Source: Lobosporangium transversale (Eukaryota). From it: a stretch of DNA of 64,000 nt. The first letter of the stretch is position 1. Each line of letters starts with the position of its first letter. The notes beneath the pieces are model-generated. The model saw nothing but the letters and a program-made list of their open reading frames with translations, was not told the DNA's origin and did not search any database. The stretch lies in the NCBI RefSeq assembly GCF_002105155.1, contig NW_019028990.1, positions 372,001 to 436,000 of the forward strand, read 5' to 3'. The position numbers and the translations under genes were made by a program. Of this stretch, positions 51,757-64,000 are shown piece after piece.

Positions 51757-53613
51757 ATGCTTGGTGGTATTTACCCCTCCTCACGAAGTGTCCTCTCGCC
51801 ATCAATAGCTCTGAAACTCTTTACTATCTACACCGAGAACGCTCGCGACTATGGCAAAGAGATCGCCTTGGAACTATGTCTGGATGCAGTTGCCGTGCTA
51901 TCTCGAATCCATCGGTCTGTGAGGAAGGCTCTTATCACTTCAACTCGCAATGAGGACAAAACGCTATGCCAAAACGTTGCCACAGCTTACTACGACCTTG
52001 CTCGGTCATTTGAGCGTCTGGGTCAGCCAGATGAAGCTCGAAACAATGACCGAAAAGCAGAAAAGTGGGGATACGTTCAAGGAAGGAACGTTGTCCGCCC
52101 AAGGCCACCATCAATTAGTAGCTCTATCAATGACCTCAACGACAAAGACAGCATCAGCTACAACGATACTAAAAGGCGAGAAAGTACCTGTATTTTTAAC
52201 AGCGAACCTGAAAAGCCGACTAAAATAGTAGAACCCACCACAACAGACGGCACCACAATTATTCCAATACATATATTTAGTCGCGATGTAGCTCCTACGG
52301 CCATCAGATATAGCTTGCCAGATGCGGGTACTCGTCTGAATGATATCGGTCAGCTTGTGTATTGTCTCAGTTTGCTTCCTGGTGCGCCTATCCCTACTAC
52401 TGAACTTAGTGGTGAGGAACGAGAATGGTCTTTGGCCATGTCCAAGGACCGAAGCGAGCAAGAGCGGCTATACAACTTGGCTTCAAATGTGATTACAATG
52501 TTCATCAGTGATGGGATCAAGACCGAGGCTACTGTTACTGAAGTTGTGTCTCTAGCTCCAGTTCTTAGTCGTGATCAATTCAAAGCATTGCTCGCGGCTT
52601 TTACCAACGACATTCAGAAGAGCACCGTTTTGGATACCTATTTATTGGAAGGATTGGGTCAGTTGATGCAGCATGCTCCACTCGGCTACCTTGACTCGGA
52701 TGATATTATCAAAATTCTCGATACTCTCACTTTCTGCTTAAAAGAAGTTAATAGTCAATCCGATGACTACCTTCATCATCTATCTACTGCAGTGTCACGA
52801 GCCCTTGATGTAATGGTTGATAATCAAGTCAAAGGTTTAAAACCAGAGCAACTCCATGAGCCATTAGTTTCATATTTGAAGGGTCTAGAAGATAGTTCAG
52901 ATCCCCATCTAATGTATCATGCAGCCTATGCTTTCCAGGCACTTCAATATATCCCAGACGATGGAACAACGGTACAAGCAATGCTTCGACGAAGATCATC
53001 TGTGTTCCGAGGGACAGTTGGGATAGTGAGTGCGGTCGATGATTTTGATGTGTATGCCTTTTTGGATGAATTAAGTATTATCCAGAAAGAGCTTCCGATG
53101 GTGACAGATGTTATTAATTTGAGTCTGCATGTTTATAATGGGGCAGCATCGCTGTATGAGAGTAAAGAGACTATCAGACAGTGTATACAAGAAGGACTCA
53201 GTTTGAGTCAAAAGACAGCATGGTATCCAGCATTGCGTGGGGCTGATGCTCTAATCCAGACTGGCGAGTTCACCAAATTCAAGACTTTTGTGTGTGAGGT
53301 ACCTTGTCGAAGAGAGCCATCCTTCCTGTGGGGGCTATGTCAACGATTGGGGCAGATTGCAGCTGATACTCAATGGCCTACAGATGCCCGACAGGATGCA
53401 GTCGCATTCCTTGGTGAGATCTACAAGAATGACAACGATTGGGGCCATTATGTCCACATTAAGCAATGGATCCTTGCAATATTGAAGAGGTTGATGTGGT
53501 TGTCAAAAGAGAGTCTGCTGGGTGAGTAGAGAAGATGGCTTTAGCTTTGAAAAAAATTTACCCCGTTGTGTGAGAAGTCAGCTAATGATAGTGCATTGTG
53601 ATCCTCCAATTTT

Positions 53614-53651
<38 letters not shown>

Positions 53652-56600
53652 CTGAAAAGTTTTTTGTGGAGGATCTTACTAAGAATGGGGATGCTAACAA
53701 GCAGCAGCTATTTAGTGATTATTTTAAGGATCCTGAGGTTCGACATCCCGTCGTTATCGCACTCCCCCCTTCTACATCTCTATCATTACTCGACCGCGTC
53801 CAAAAGGAGCCTGATATCGAGAATAACCTGCGCCAGCTCAAGAGACAACGAATGCGGAGTAGAGATGACCAGAGCTTTTACATTCCACAGTTTTCTCGAG
53901 GCTCTGCTCGTTCCAAGAATGAAGGCGCATGCTTGCTGATGGACGAGGTAAAGGAATTTCTGAATGGCGATCAAAAAGTGCTACTCGTGCAAGGCACTTC
54001 AGGAGCAGGAAAATCAACATTCAGTCGTACACTAGAGTACAATCTGTGGGAAGCATACCAAAACAAGAACGATAGGATCCCACTCTACATCGATTTACCG
54101 AGCATTGAAAACCCAAATCGAGGTTTGGTCACAAAGCTGCTGCGAAGGTATGGATTCACAGAGGCCCAGATCACTGAGCTGAGAATGACTCGATCATTCA
54201 TCTTGATCTGTGATGGGTATGATGAATGCAGGCAGCACAACAACTTGTATGTCACCAATCAACTGAACCAACCTGGTGAATGGATGGCTCAGATGATCAT
54301 CACCTGCCGCAGTGAGTATCTTCGATCAGACAGCCGAGATTACTTTCAGCCTATGGCCCGAAAGCGCCAAGCAGGCACTTCATTGTTCCAAGAGGTTGTA
54401 ATTGTACCATTCTCGGATGATCAGATCAATAATTATATCAAACAATATGTGGCCATCATGAATCCACCATGGCCAGTCAAAGAGTATCAGCGTGTATTCG
54501 AGGTGGTGCCCGGCCTACGGAAGCTTGTGGAGAATCCTTTTTTCCTATCGCTGTCACTTGAAGTGCTGCCGCGGATGATAGGCCCGAATCAAGACGTCTC
54601 CAAGACAGAAGTCAAGTGTATATCATTTTATGACCAATTCGTGGAGTTGTGGCTGGAGCGAGGCAAGAAGCGAGTAGGCGATTCAATAGAGCCAGAGGAT
54701 AGGAAGATGTTCCAGAAATTGTCGGACGAAGGATTTGAACAGAATGGGATTAGGTACTTGACAAGCTTGGCCGTAGCCATCTATAGACATCAACGTGGCG
54801 ATCCTGTGGTGGACTACTCTTCGTTCAAGCACAAGGGGACATGGAAGGAAGAGTTCTTTAGCAAAGAGAATGGAGCATCCCTTCTAAGAGAGGCATCCCC
54901 CTTGAGTCGCGTGGGCACTCAGGCTCGCTTTATTCATCAATCTATCCTGGAGTACAGTCTGGTGCGAGCGATCTTTGAGCCGCAGCAAGTGATAAACGCT
55001 TTTGCAAGTGGTAGGGGAACAGCATTGACTCCAAACCCTCGTCGGCAGAGTATCAGTTCAGTATACAGCTTCGATTCTGAGAGCAAGGAGGCCAATCCAT
55101 TCCAGGCTGATGAGAACTCTCCATTGGTATGGAAGAACTTTGTGAACGATCCATTTTTCTCACAGTTTCTGGAAGACCGAGCCCGATTGGAACCGCTGTT
55201 CAGACAGCAACTCTATGGCTATATAGAACTCTCGAAGGAGGATAAAAAGTGGCGGACAGCAGCAGCCAATGCGATAACGATCCTGGTTCGAGCAGGCGAG
55301 TCATTTCTTGGAGCAGACCTGAGAGGCATTCAAATTCCAGGAGCGGACCTGAGCGGCGGTATGTTTGGAGGTACCAAGTTACGAGGAGCAGACCTTCGAA
55401 AGGTCAATCTGCAACAAGCTTGGTTACGAGATGCTGACATGAGGGGCGCTCGGGCAGAAGGGATACAGTTTGGTGAATGGCCCTTTTTTACAGAAAGTGC
55501 TAAAGTAAGGACAGGAACATATTCTCCTGATGGCGAGATGCTCGCCATAGCTATCGATGATGGCACAATCAATGTCTACTATACATTGACATGGGAGAAG
55601 CTTCACACTTTAAAGGGTGTTACTGGGTCCATACTTGAATTTTTGCCCGATAACAAACATCTCGTTTGCTTGAGTTCTCATCAAACGGTGGAAATTTGGA
55701 ATGCAATATTAGGCCAATCAGTAAAAGTGATGTATGGCCATAGCGGAGCTATCCATTGTATGGGGTACTCACCAGATGGGACCCAGGTTGCCTCTTCCAG
55801 CGACGATGGCTCAGTTCGAGTATGGAATGCACTGTCTGGTATTTTAATATATGAGCTGAAGGAGCACACTGGCGCTGTATTCAGTTTGATGTATTCACCT
55901 GATGGGAGACAGATTGCAACTGGAGGTAAAGACAAGACCATAAGGCTGTGGGAAACATTATTAGGACAGCCGATTCGGACACTACAGGACCTTAAATATG
56001 AGGTTTACAAGATTGCGTATTCACCTAATAGCCAGGAAATCATTTCTTATGCTCGTAAAGACTACTCGGTAGATGTATGGGATGTCGGGTCGGGCCAAAG
56101 AAGATGGACCTTGGTGCATACTGGTCATGTCGAAGGTGCTCAATATTCGCCTAGCGGGGATTATGTCGCTTCATTCGCCGGTGCGGTGGCGATCCAGTGG
56201 GATATGCACACAGGGGAAGCTATTCATACCTTTGATAGGCACCCCAGTTCGATCACCGATCTAAAATATTCGCCAAATGGGGAAGAGATAGCTACCTGCA
56301 GCAAGGATGGTATAGTGCGGTTATGGGATGCGCAATCGGGACAACTAATAAGCACTCTTCGTGGCCACTCTGGTGTGATTAGCAGTTTGGTGTATTCACC
56401 AAGCAGTCAGCAAATTGCATCGTTTGGTGATGACGGGATGGTGCGGTTATGGAATACACAGCTAAAGCAGACTTGTCCGGACCAGAACAGACATACGAGA
56501 GCGATTAACTGTATCAGAATATCGCCAGATGGGCGGTACGTTGCTTCCTCTAGCTACGATGGCACAATTCGCGTGTGGAATGCACGGACAGGACAGTTTC

Positions 56601-57877
56601 TTCATGTTTTGCAGGATATAAGATCAGCAAACGACATCAAGTATTCGGCTGATGGTCAGTTGATTGGTTCTTGCCATACCTCCTCGTTTTTGCGCCTTTG
56701 GAATAGTCAATCAGGTCAAGTCGCCCATACCATAGAATGGGAAGAAGCACCACTCGATGGATGTTGGGCCATGGATTTCTCACCCGTGGATCATAGAATT
56801 GCATGTGGACATGCATGTGGGAAAGTGAGTGTATGGGATACGAAAACAGGGAATTGTATACGCATTTTACAGAGCCCGAAACTAAAGCCAGGCAAAGACG
56901 TGTTCCGTGTGCTATATTCACCCGATGGCCGTAAAATCGCTTCATGGGAGGTAAATGGCAGAATCAGAGTCTGGTCAGCGGAATCATGGGACCTTTTGTG
57001 TGAATTCCTGAGTCCAAGATCGTGTGGCCCTGCAATGGCGTTCTCGCCTAACAGCGAAAGACTAGCATTTTTTCATGATGACATTAAGCTACGAATATGC
57101 GAGTTAAAGTCGGGAGAAGTCTATTGCGAAATACCGGTTTATGACACTCCAATAGCGATAATCTACTCTTCGTGTGGCCTACAGGTGGCTATTGGAACCG
57201 AAGAAGGGTCAATAAGCCTGGTGGATACGGAAGCAAAAGTAATTACGCATACGCTTGAAGGACATACCAGCCTTATCACCTGCATGGTTTATTCTCCTGA
57301 TGAGCAGTACATCGCCTCTGGCAATTATGACAGGACATTACGACTGTGGAATACAGAAACAGGTCAATGCTTGTATACTATCTCACTCGAGATCGGATTT
57401 GTTAGCGTAATTTTATGGTACGTCTCCGAAGAGGGTTACTTCCTGTTGGTGGGGTGCGATGATTCTTCTCTTGAGATGTATCAGCTTAGGAAAGTGGATG
57501 GTCAACTTCAGCATCACTTGAAGTGGGGCACGAGGCAAAGGGCTCTTAATGTTAGCAACCTGTGTATCTTCGATATGATTGGATTGAGTGAATCTATTAA
57601 ACAGCTCCTGCTGCAGCGCGGAGCAATAGTTGACCCAACACGACGCTCGACGCCCGAAGAAGAAGATAGCTGGGTTAGTACGGTTAGATCAACGGAATCC
57701 AAGGCCAAGTTATATTTGCGCAAAAAAGAACTCAAGTCTAAAGCTACAGAATCAAAACCTGGATCGAGTAATGAACAGCGTCTCGTTAACCTAGTATGCA
57801 AAGGATGCGATGTGATACCAACGGTTGTCTGCGGTTGTACTACCAAAACTACCAAAACTACCAAAACTACCGGATAG
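51757..57877 (+). CDS. NLR-like protein: helical/ARM-like N-terminus + NACHT + pentapeptide repeats + WD40. 2 exons (51757-53521, 53652-57877), ~1996 aa
   Basis: Walker A GTSGAGKS, Walker B FILICDGYDE, ITCRSEYL, FIHQSILEY, AAANAITIL, GADLRGIQIPGADLSGG pentapeptides, many GH...YSPDG...WD repeats. Confidence 0.92.
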
Positions 57878-58105
57878 ACATTCATAGCTAAGTGATTGGA
57901 GGGTATAAAATAAAGACAGTCTTGGACTCTATGTAAAAATTCAAACCAAAGTGTGGCTCATTATTTCATTGAGTCCGCACTTTACTTTTGTATCTTGTAT
58001 TTTCAACTTGTTTCTTCCTAGTTATTAGTCCTTCTAAGTTTTATTTTATTTTATTTTTTTTCTTTCTTTGCCTATGCTCATGTAACAATAGCTTTTGTTG
58101 ATTAT

Positions 58106-58903
58106 TTAAGTTTTCGTCATGGCTTTGAGTTGGAAAGCTTTTGCTTTGGATCCATCGCCTCCTTCCAGTTTTTCAAGCTCAACTACTTTTTCTTTCATAG
58201 CTTCTCTGATATCAGTAATCTCTGAATCCAATGTTTCCTGATCTGAATTACAGGTTATTAGAGAAGGGTTAAAGAGAAGGAGAAAAAAAAAAAAGATTAG
58301 AAACTAATAGACGGACAAAGAAGTTTATTATTTTTGTATTATTTTTATTATATATACCTTTCCTAATCATGGTTTCAATATTCTGCTTGGGCATTTTGAC
58401 AAATAGATCACCCAAGTTGACCCAGACTTTTTTTTCTATTAGCAGGCAAAAGAAAGAAGAGGAAAAAAAAAAAAAGAAAAAAAAAAAAAAAAAAAAAGAA
58501 ATTTAGTATTAAAAGAAGAGGAAAAAAAAAAAAAAAAAGTATGCAACCGTATATTTGTTTCTGAATGTGGTTACCACTTGATAGTTCCTTCTTCAGTTTT
58601 GAGAGTGCTTCTCGGTTACTATTCCGCCTCCGATCATAATCCACAATCTATGAAAAAAGGAAGAAAAAAAAAAAGTTAGGTCCGTTATTACGATGGGGAT
58701 ACAGCATAAGGCAGGAGAAAGGAGAGTCTGCGTTCTGCACACACCAGTTCTTTGTTCGTCAGGATTTCCTCCGCTATGATTTCTCGCTTTTGGAAGTCTT
58801 TGTATTTTATTTTGAGAAAAAAAAAAAAAAAAAAAAAAAAAAAGTCAGACGGGATGTCTATGGCCTATTCACCTCTGAATAATGAAACGATTTCATGCTT
58901 CAT
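58106..58903 (-). CDS. PDRG1-like prefoldin-family protein, ~5 exons
   Basis: Spliced AEEILTNKEL-IVDYDRRRNSNREALSKL-KKVWVNLGDLFVKMPK-DQETLDSEITDIREAMKEKVVELEKLEG. Confidence 0.8.
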
Positions 58904-59165
58904 GTTGTTTTTATTCAAGAGCATGTGCTCTTTTGGGAGGTATTTCCATACTTGACAAAAGCTCCATGGTTATGTATAATGTCTAAGGAAAATGAGATGC
59001 GAGGAAGAATTCTTTTTTTTTTTTTTTTTTTTTATTTAATGGAACAACATGAGTGAGACTGCTCTCCTATCTGCTGCGGATAGATTTCGTAGATGGGAAG
59101 TATATTAATTACCATTTGGACGCGTTTGGGGTTGTTTCACTCATAAAAAAAAATAAAGAAAACTC

Positions 59166-59975
59166 TCAGGCTTGAGTACGAGTCTTGAGATCAACCCAAA
59201 AGTGAAGCCTTTTCTTCACATCTTCAGGACTAGTACGAGGATGAACCATTTCATTTCTCAAAGCACGAATACTCCTCCATTCCTCATAAATTGCTCTATC
59301 CATGTTGATCTCTTTCAGAAACGTCTCCTCTACTTCCTGACGAATCTCACTCCTCCGTCTTGCAAGCTCATTTAAACATTCGACCGTTTCTGCCTTCTCC
59401 TTTTGCTTCAACTGTTCACGACTGCTGCCGTTTTTAGAACCAATGTCTTTGAGACTGTACTTTGATTCTATTGCCTTGATCTTTTCTCGTCTCAAACGAT
59501 CCATACGCTGTTTGGTCTGGCTTTTGACTTTAGAATTAATCCAAGCGAATGCCTCAGAAATGGTGAGTACTATTTTGAATACGCAAGGACAAGCCATGTT
59601 GTTGTTGCCATCAATTCTTTTAATTCTCAAATTCATGTTGTTTTCGTTTTCGCTTCCCTCACGGATCTCGTTGAACTGGACATCATGTTCAGAATCTACT
59701 GTTGTTATTGTTGTTGTTGCTTCTCTATTGTATCCGTAACTGGTACATGTAAGGCCCTTGGCGTAACGAATACAAGTCAAGTTCAACAATGGTGGAGGTT
59801 TCTGTTTAAAGTCTCCTGGGATTATGGTTATGGCTTCAGAATGGACCGTCAACTGGTTATTGGCGTCGTTTGCTTTTGAATGAAAGCCAAAAGCTATCCG
59901 AGTCTTCGAAAGAGGTCGCATTAGGGTGAGGGTCCAGCTAGCTTGTAACTTCGTTCTCGACAAAGCCCAAGACAT
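59166..59975 (-). CDS. Hypothetical 269-aa single-exon protein with C-terminal RNxxxH (HEPN-like) motif
   Basis: ATG-initiated ORF with a basic, acid-poor N-terminus and a helical charged C-half ending EWRSIRALRNEMVHP. Confidence 0.6.
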   Translation of the reverse strand: MSWALSRTKLQASWTLTLMRPLSKTRIAFGFHSKANDANNQLTVHSEAITIIPGDFKQKPPPLLNLTCIRYAKGLTCTSYGYNREATTTITTVDSEHDVQFNEIREGSENENNMNLRIKRIDGNNNMACPCVFKIVLTISEAFAWINSKVKSQTKQRMDRLRREKIKAIESKYSLKDIGSKNGSSREQLKQKEKAETVECLNELARRRSEIRQEVEETFLKEINMDRAIYEEWRSIRALRNEMVHPRTSPEDVKKRLHFWVDLKTRTQA

Positions 59976-60445
59976 GGGAGGAACGAAACTAAAGACCTGT
60001 TCTGTTCTCTTTCCTTTTTCTTTTTTCCTGGTCTATAAATAATGGAACAAATGGAGCCCGATATATTTATTTTATCATCAGTTCGTTGATCAAAGTAGCG
60101 ATTTATCTCTCACATGCTTATAAATTATATCCTCTTGTAAGTTATAAGTTTGGGTATAAATCAATTTAAACTGATAAATAAATTATATCGCCAATAAAAC
60201 AACTAAGAGTCGTTCTTCTAGTCTATCAAACTAACGATCATCATGGTTTGTCAAGAAGCAAGTATAGGAGTTATCATAAGTAGAAGAAAAAGTAAAGAAA
60301 AAAAAAATAGCAATAATAAATAATTAAACGGCTGAAGAAGTAATAATAAATGTAAGCAAAAAAAAGCGATCAACTGCAGAAAAAACCTTAATAATAATAA
60401 AAACTTGAACAACTGGATTATGAATTAAAAAAAAAAAAAAAGCCT

Positions 60446-62191
60446 CTACATGATCGTGCATTTCTCATCTTTGTTCTTGTCCTTGGCATTGGCATCGACA
60501 GGCACACCCTCCAGACGTTGAACAGCACGTTTATCTCCTGCAGCAGCAGCCTTCTTGTACCATCCGATAGCCTCCTCCATGTCCTTGCGTGGGCCAATAC
60601 CAACCTCTGTGAAATAGCCCATCGCATACAGTGCCTTGGACAAGTTCTTTTCAGCTGCACGGTGAGCCCAAATGTATGCCTCAGCATCTGACTGGGGCAA
60701 CACACCCTCTGAGCCAACCAAATACCATGCAGCCAATGCGAAGCAGGCTTCAGGATGTTCCTGTTGCGCCGCCAATGTATAATAATGAATCGACAGTCGT
60801 GGGTCTTGCTTACAGCCCAACTTGCCATATTCCCAGCACTCACCCAATCTGAATGCAGAATCAGCATGTCCCAGTTCAGCAGCCTGAGAGTAAAGTGATA
60901 CTGAGTACTCTGGATCGACAAAAACAATGTTTTCAATTCCACGTTCATGCAACTGAGCCAGCTCGTACAGCGCAAAAGGAAACTCGGGGGTAGCTGCCTG
61001 AGCAGATCGTTTGAGCCATTTGACTCCATCACGAGGCGATGCTGTTAGACCGAGCTCGCCGTACAATGTCACAACACCCAATCTCCACATGGCTCCGGGA
61101 TGATTTGCCGAAGCTGCTTTCCTATTGACGTGATGTTCACGAAGGATTGAAGAAAAAAAAAAAAAAAAAAAAAAAAAGGATTAGGTTCGGCCATATTTTT
61201 CATGCTCTCATGCATTGACCCCTCCTTCTTTCTCAATGGTTTGTTCTTTTACTTCCGCCGGTTTAGACCGTGAAACGTTGGACAATTCGGTGGAATAGAA
61301 GTTAAAAAAAAAAAAAAGTGTGTATATGCGCCATTATGCGGTCATCGTCATGCCCTGAGAAAAAAAAATATATATTACTATTCATTACCTGTAAAACTGA
61401 ACAGCTCTTGCACTATCCTTACGCACACCTAGGCCTTCATCATAGCATTTGCCGGTTCGGTAGGCTGCATCCGGATGTCCATGTTTCGAGGCCTGTACCC
61501 AGAGTGGGAAAGCCTTGTCAAAGTCGGGCTTACCCTTTGCAAAACCCGAGGCATAGCATTCTGCGAGATAATGCTGCGATTCGGCATGTCCATTCGAAGC
61601 GAGTTTGCGCAAGAGCTTCATGGCCTCATCAAAGAGTTCTGCCCGAGTCTGAGCGTCTTCCAAGGCCTTACCAGCGTCAATCATGAACGCAGCAAATTCG
61701 AATTGAAGTTCTGGGTCATTGGTCTTTTTAGCATTCTGACGATAGAGTTCGAGAGTCTGGGTGTAAGAAAGGAGTGTTGCCTTGTGTCCGGGTTTGAGAT
61801 GGTCATGAGAAAGTACCGATTGGTCCTGTGGAAGAAACTCCTCTGGTTGCTGCCCTGGATATTGAGGGTATTGCTGCAATTGCTGCTGAAGGTCCTGTTG
61901 TTGTTGCCAAAGCTGAGCTTGCTCATACTGTTGTTGTTGATACAGCTGTTGGTCACGTTCATATTGCTGTTGCTGCTGAAAAGACATTTGTCCAGGCAAT
62001 GTCTGTGAGTAAGGCTGTTGTTGCCGTTGTTGCTGCTGCAGTTGTTGTTGGTCTTGTGCCTGAGTCACCTGTACCATATCACTGTAAAAGTTCTGTTGCT
62101 GTTCCTGTGAAGCCGTTGAGTTATGTCCATTGGAGGGTTTAGGAGGAGGGATGGGCCCACTTTGGACATTGGATGAAACACTTGCTGCCAT
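60446..62191 (-). CDS. Chitin synthase activator Chs4/Skt5-like Sel1-repeat protein, 2 exons (intron 61388-61122), with CaaX end
   Basis: LELYRQNAKKTNDPELQFEFA, Sel1 repeats (ASKHGHPDAAYR, GVKWLKRSA, AAELGH), C-terminal CTIM prenylation motif. Confidence 0.9.
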
Positions 62192-62231
62192 CACGAAGGG
62201 ACTATAAATGGATGGATGAAATCGAGGATGA

Positions 62232-62271
<40 letters not shown>

Positions 62272-62710
62272 AAAGCGAAAAAGAAAAAGCAGAATGGAGG
62301 AGAGATGGGGAATGAGAAGAGAATGAAAAAATGCTAAATAAATAGATATAACGAAAGATATAAACAAATCAAAAGGCACAGTTTGGAGTGGATTATGCAC
62401 AATCACCAACAATCCAAATCCTTATTTAAATTCACATCCATACGCATTCATTCATATTTAAATATACATATATATATATATATATATCACTTACTCTTTT
62501 CTCTCTTTCACTTACTCTCTCTCTCTTTTTACAATTAGTTGGATGTATCAATTGCCAATATTCATAGCTTTGGACAGCAAGAGATAAAAAAAGAGCAAAA
62601 TAAACGAGCGCACCTGTTGGATCATTGATCGCTCCGTTGTTCTTTTTCATTTTATCGTTGCCTTAAATAAACGTCTCCAATTATATTGCATCTTTCGTAA
62701 AAATACAAAA

Positions 62711-64000
62711 TGTAGGCTCGTCACCAGCCAGCCTGAGGACGAAGTTCACGTGCACATGCACGTACTCAAAGGCAAATGTGGCTTGCTCTTGCAGACACTT
62801 CTCTCTCAGGCTGGGGACCAAGCTTGACATTTTGGCTGGAGGTCTCTTTTTTTAAATTTGAAAAAGTTTCCAAGTCGAAAACACGCCGCAGGAAAGGCTC
62901 TTTTTTTCTGCCATTCTCGCTGCAGAAAATGGCTTTTTTTTTTTTTTCAAAGTCCAGACTAGGATATTGATTTGATCGAGAACGAACGAGGAATGAGAAA
63001 AAAGAATGGTATATTTCGCGTAAAAAGAGTCATCATGCTCTAATTAATCAATTATTTACCTTTAATTAAGATAGTGTGCTTAATAAGGTCAGAGAGATGG
63101 AAACGAGGATTGTGGAGTAGATCAAATGTTAGAATAATAAAATGTTAGAATAATAGATGGCAATGCAGATGATGGAAACAAGAGACGATTGGTAAAAATG
63201 AGGCTAGTGATTTGGGTGTGTGTGTAGGACCGTTTAAAAAGCGCCATCCGTTTGTCAAAAGGGCAAGTGGATAGTGATGGCTTCGTTCATAAAGGATGAA
63301 CGATTGTAAAGGATACTCAATAGATGTGGTATTTTCATTACAGACAAAATTCCTTTCACTTGATTGACATTCGACTCTTTTCTTCATGCTTGAACCTCGG
63401 CGATCCTCCTGCATATGCGGTATTGATGCGAGTTTTTATGACATGCTGTCCCGCATGTTTTAAATATCTAGGTGTTGCCTTAACACTCTGATCGTTGTTG
63501 ATAACGAGCTCCTAAACTTTAAGCTTGACGTGTATGTCGCCTGGGACCATGGAACGGAGGAATGTGATATTGTCACTTTTCTCCGAGGTTTGATCGGTTT
63601 CTCTTCAAGCATGATCCAGTAAACATTATCAATCATCTCCTTGAATGATGCTTGCTTGATCGGATGCTCCTCTGATGTGACCTGGAATGGCTTGTCGGGC
63701 CCCAACACACAACTTATGGATGGAAAGATAGGAATAGACAATAGAAACAACTTGCCACTTGCTTGAGAAAATTCTGATGCAGCTGCGGCAATCCGCTTGG
63801 TGTGCTCACTTCTCCTTGCTCAGGTTTATTGAATAGCGATATTTTAATTTATCTATTAGTGCTATATTACAAAACTGTGTCTGTGCCATTGTCATAAACA
63901 ATGGCGAGTAAAAAGAAGTAAAAGAAGCGATCGCTACTTTTTCCTTGGTCCCTTATCCCCGCTTGACCTATTGGGCTTGTCGTCCTCCGCTTGCACTTTT
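62711..64000 (-). mobile_element. Putative CRN-carrying element, copy C (same orientation as A, runs off the window)
   Basis: Matches 22323-~23610 with about 4 substitutions and a T-run 3 nt longer, by eye. Upstream flank unrelated. Confidence 0.75.
63226..63781 (-). pseudogene. Decayed CRN 3' fragment in copy C
   Basis: ORF 63460-63750 is nearly identical to 23069-23359. Confidence 0.85.

Noticed and set aside
61246..61300. Hairpin in the CHS4-like intron
   Set aside because: Pairing relies on G-T wobbles of the non-transcribed strand. No recognisable RNA family.
1..64000. tRNA or rRNA genes
   Set aside because: None recognised by eye. tRNAscan-SE and Rfam were not run.

Overview
Intron-rich fungal genomic DNA. 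The long A/T homopolymers, eEF3, a Mortierella-type Crinkler header and a NACHT-pentapeptide-WD40 gene point to Mortierellaceae, by inference. Most of the window is ordinary genes: eEF3, DUF726/TMCO4-like, a chitin deacetylase, PDS5, a short tau95-N protein, NAF1, mitochondrial S16, TFIIS, an App1-like phosphatase, two MFS transporters, a Topors-like RING E3, an ankyrin protein, an NLR-like gene, PDRG1-like, an orphan with a HEPN-like motif, and CHS4/SKT5. The standout is a repeated ~6 kb unit carrying a Crinkler (CRN header + P-loop NTPase + restriction-endonuclease-fold) gene followed by two decayed C-terminal CRN cassettes. It occurs as a ~10.8 kb head-to-head palindrome (22951-33744) with a branched two-hairpin centre. 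A third near-identical copy starts at 62711. The copies at 22323 and 62711 begin at the same base, the foot of a 119-bp TGT...ACA imperfect hairpin. I saw no conventional transposase, so this is a candidate hairpin-ended, CRN-encoding mobile element. Mobility and mechanism are inference.
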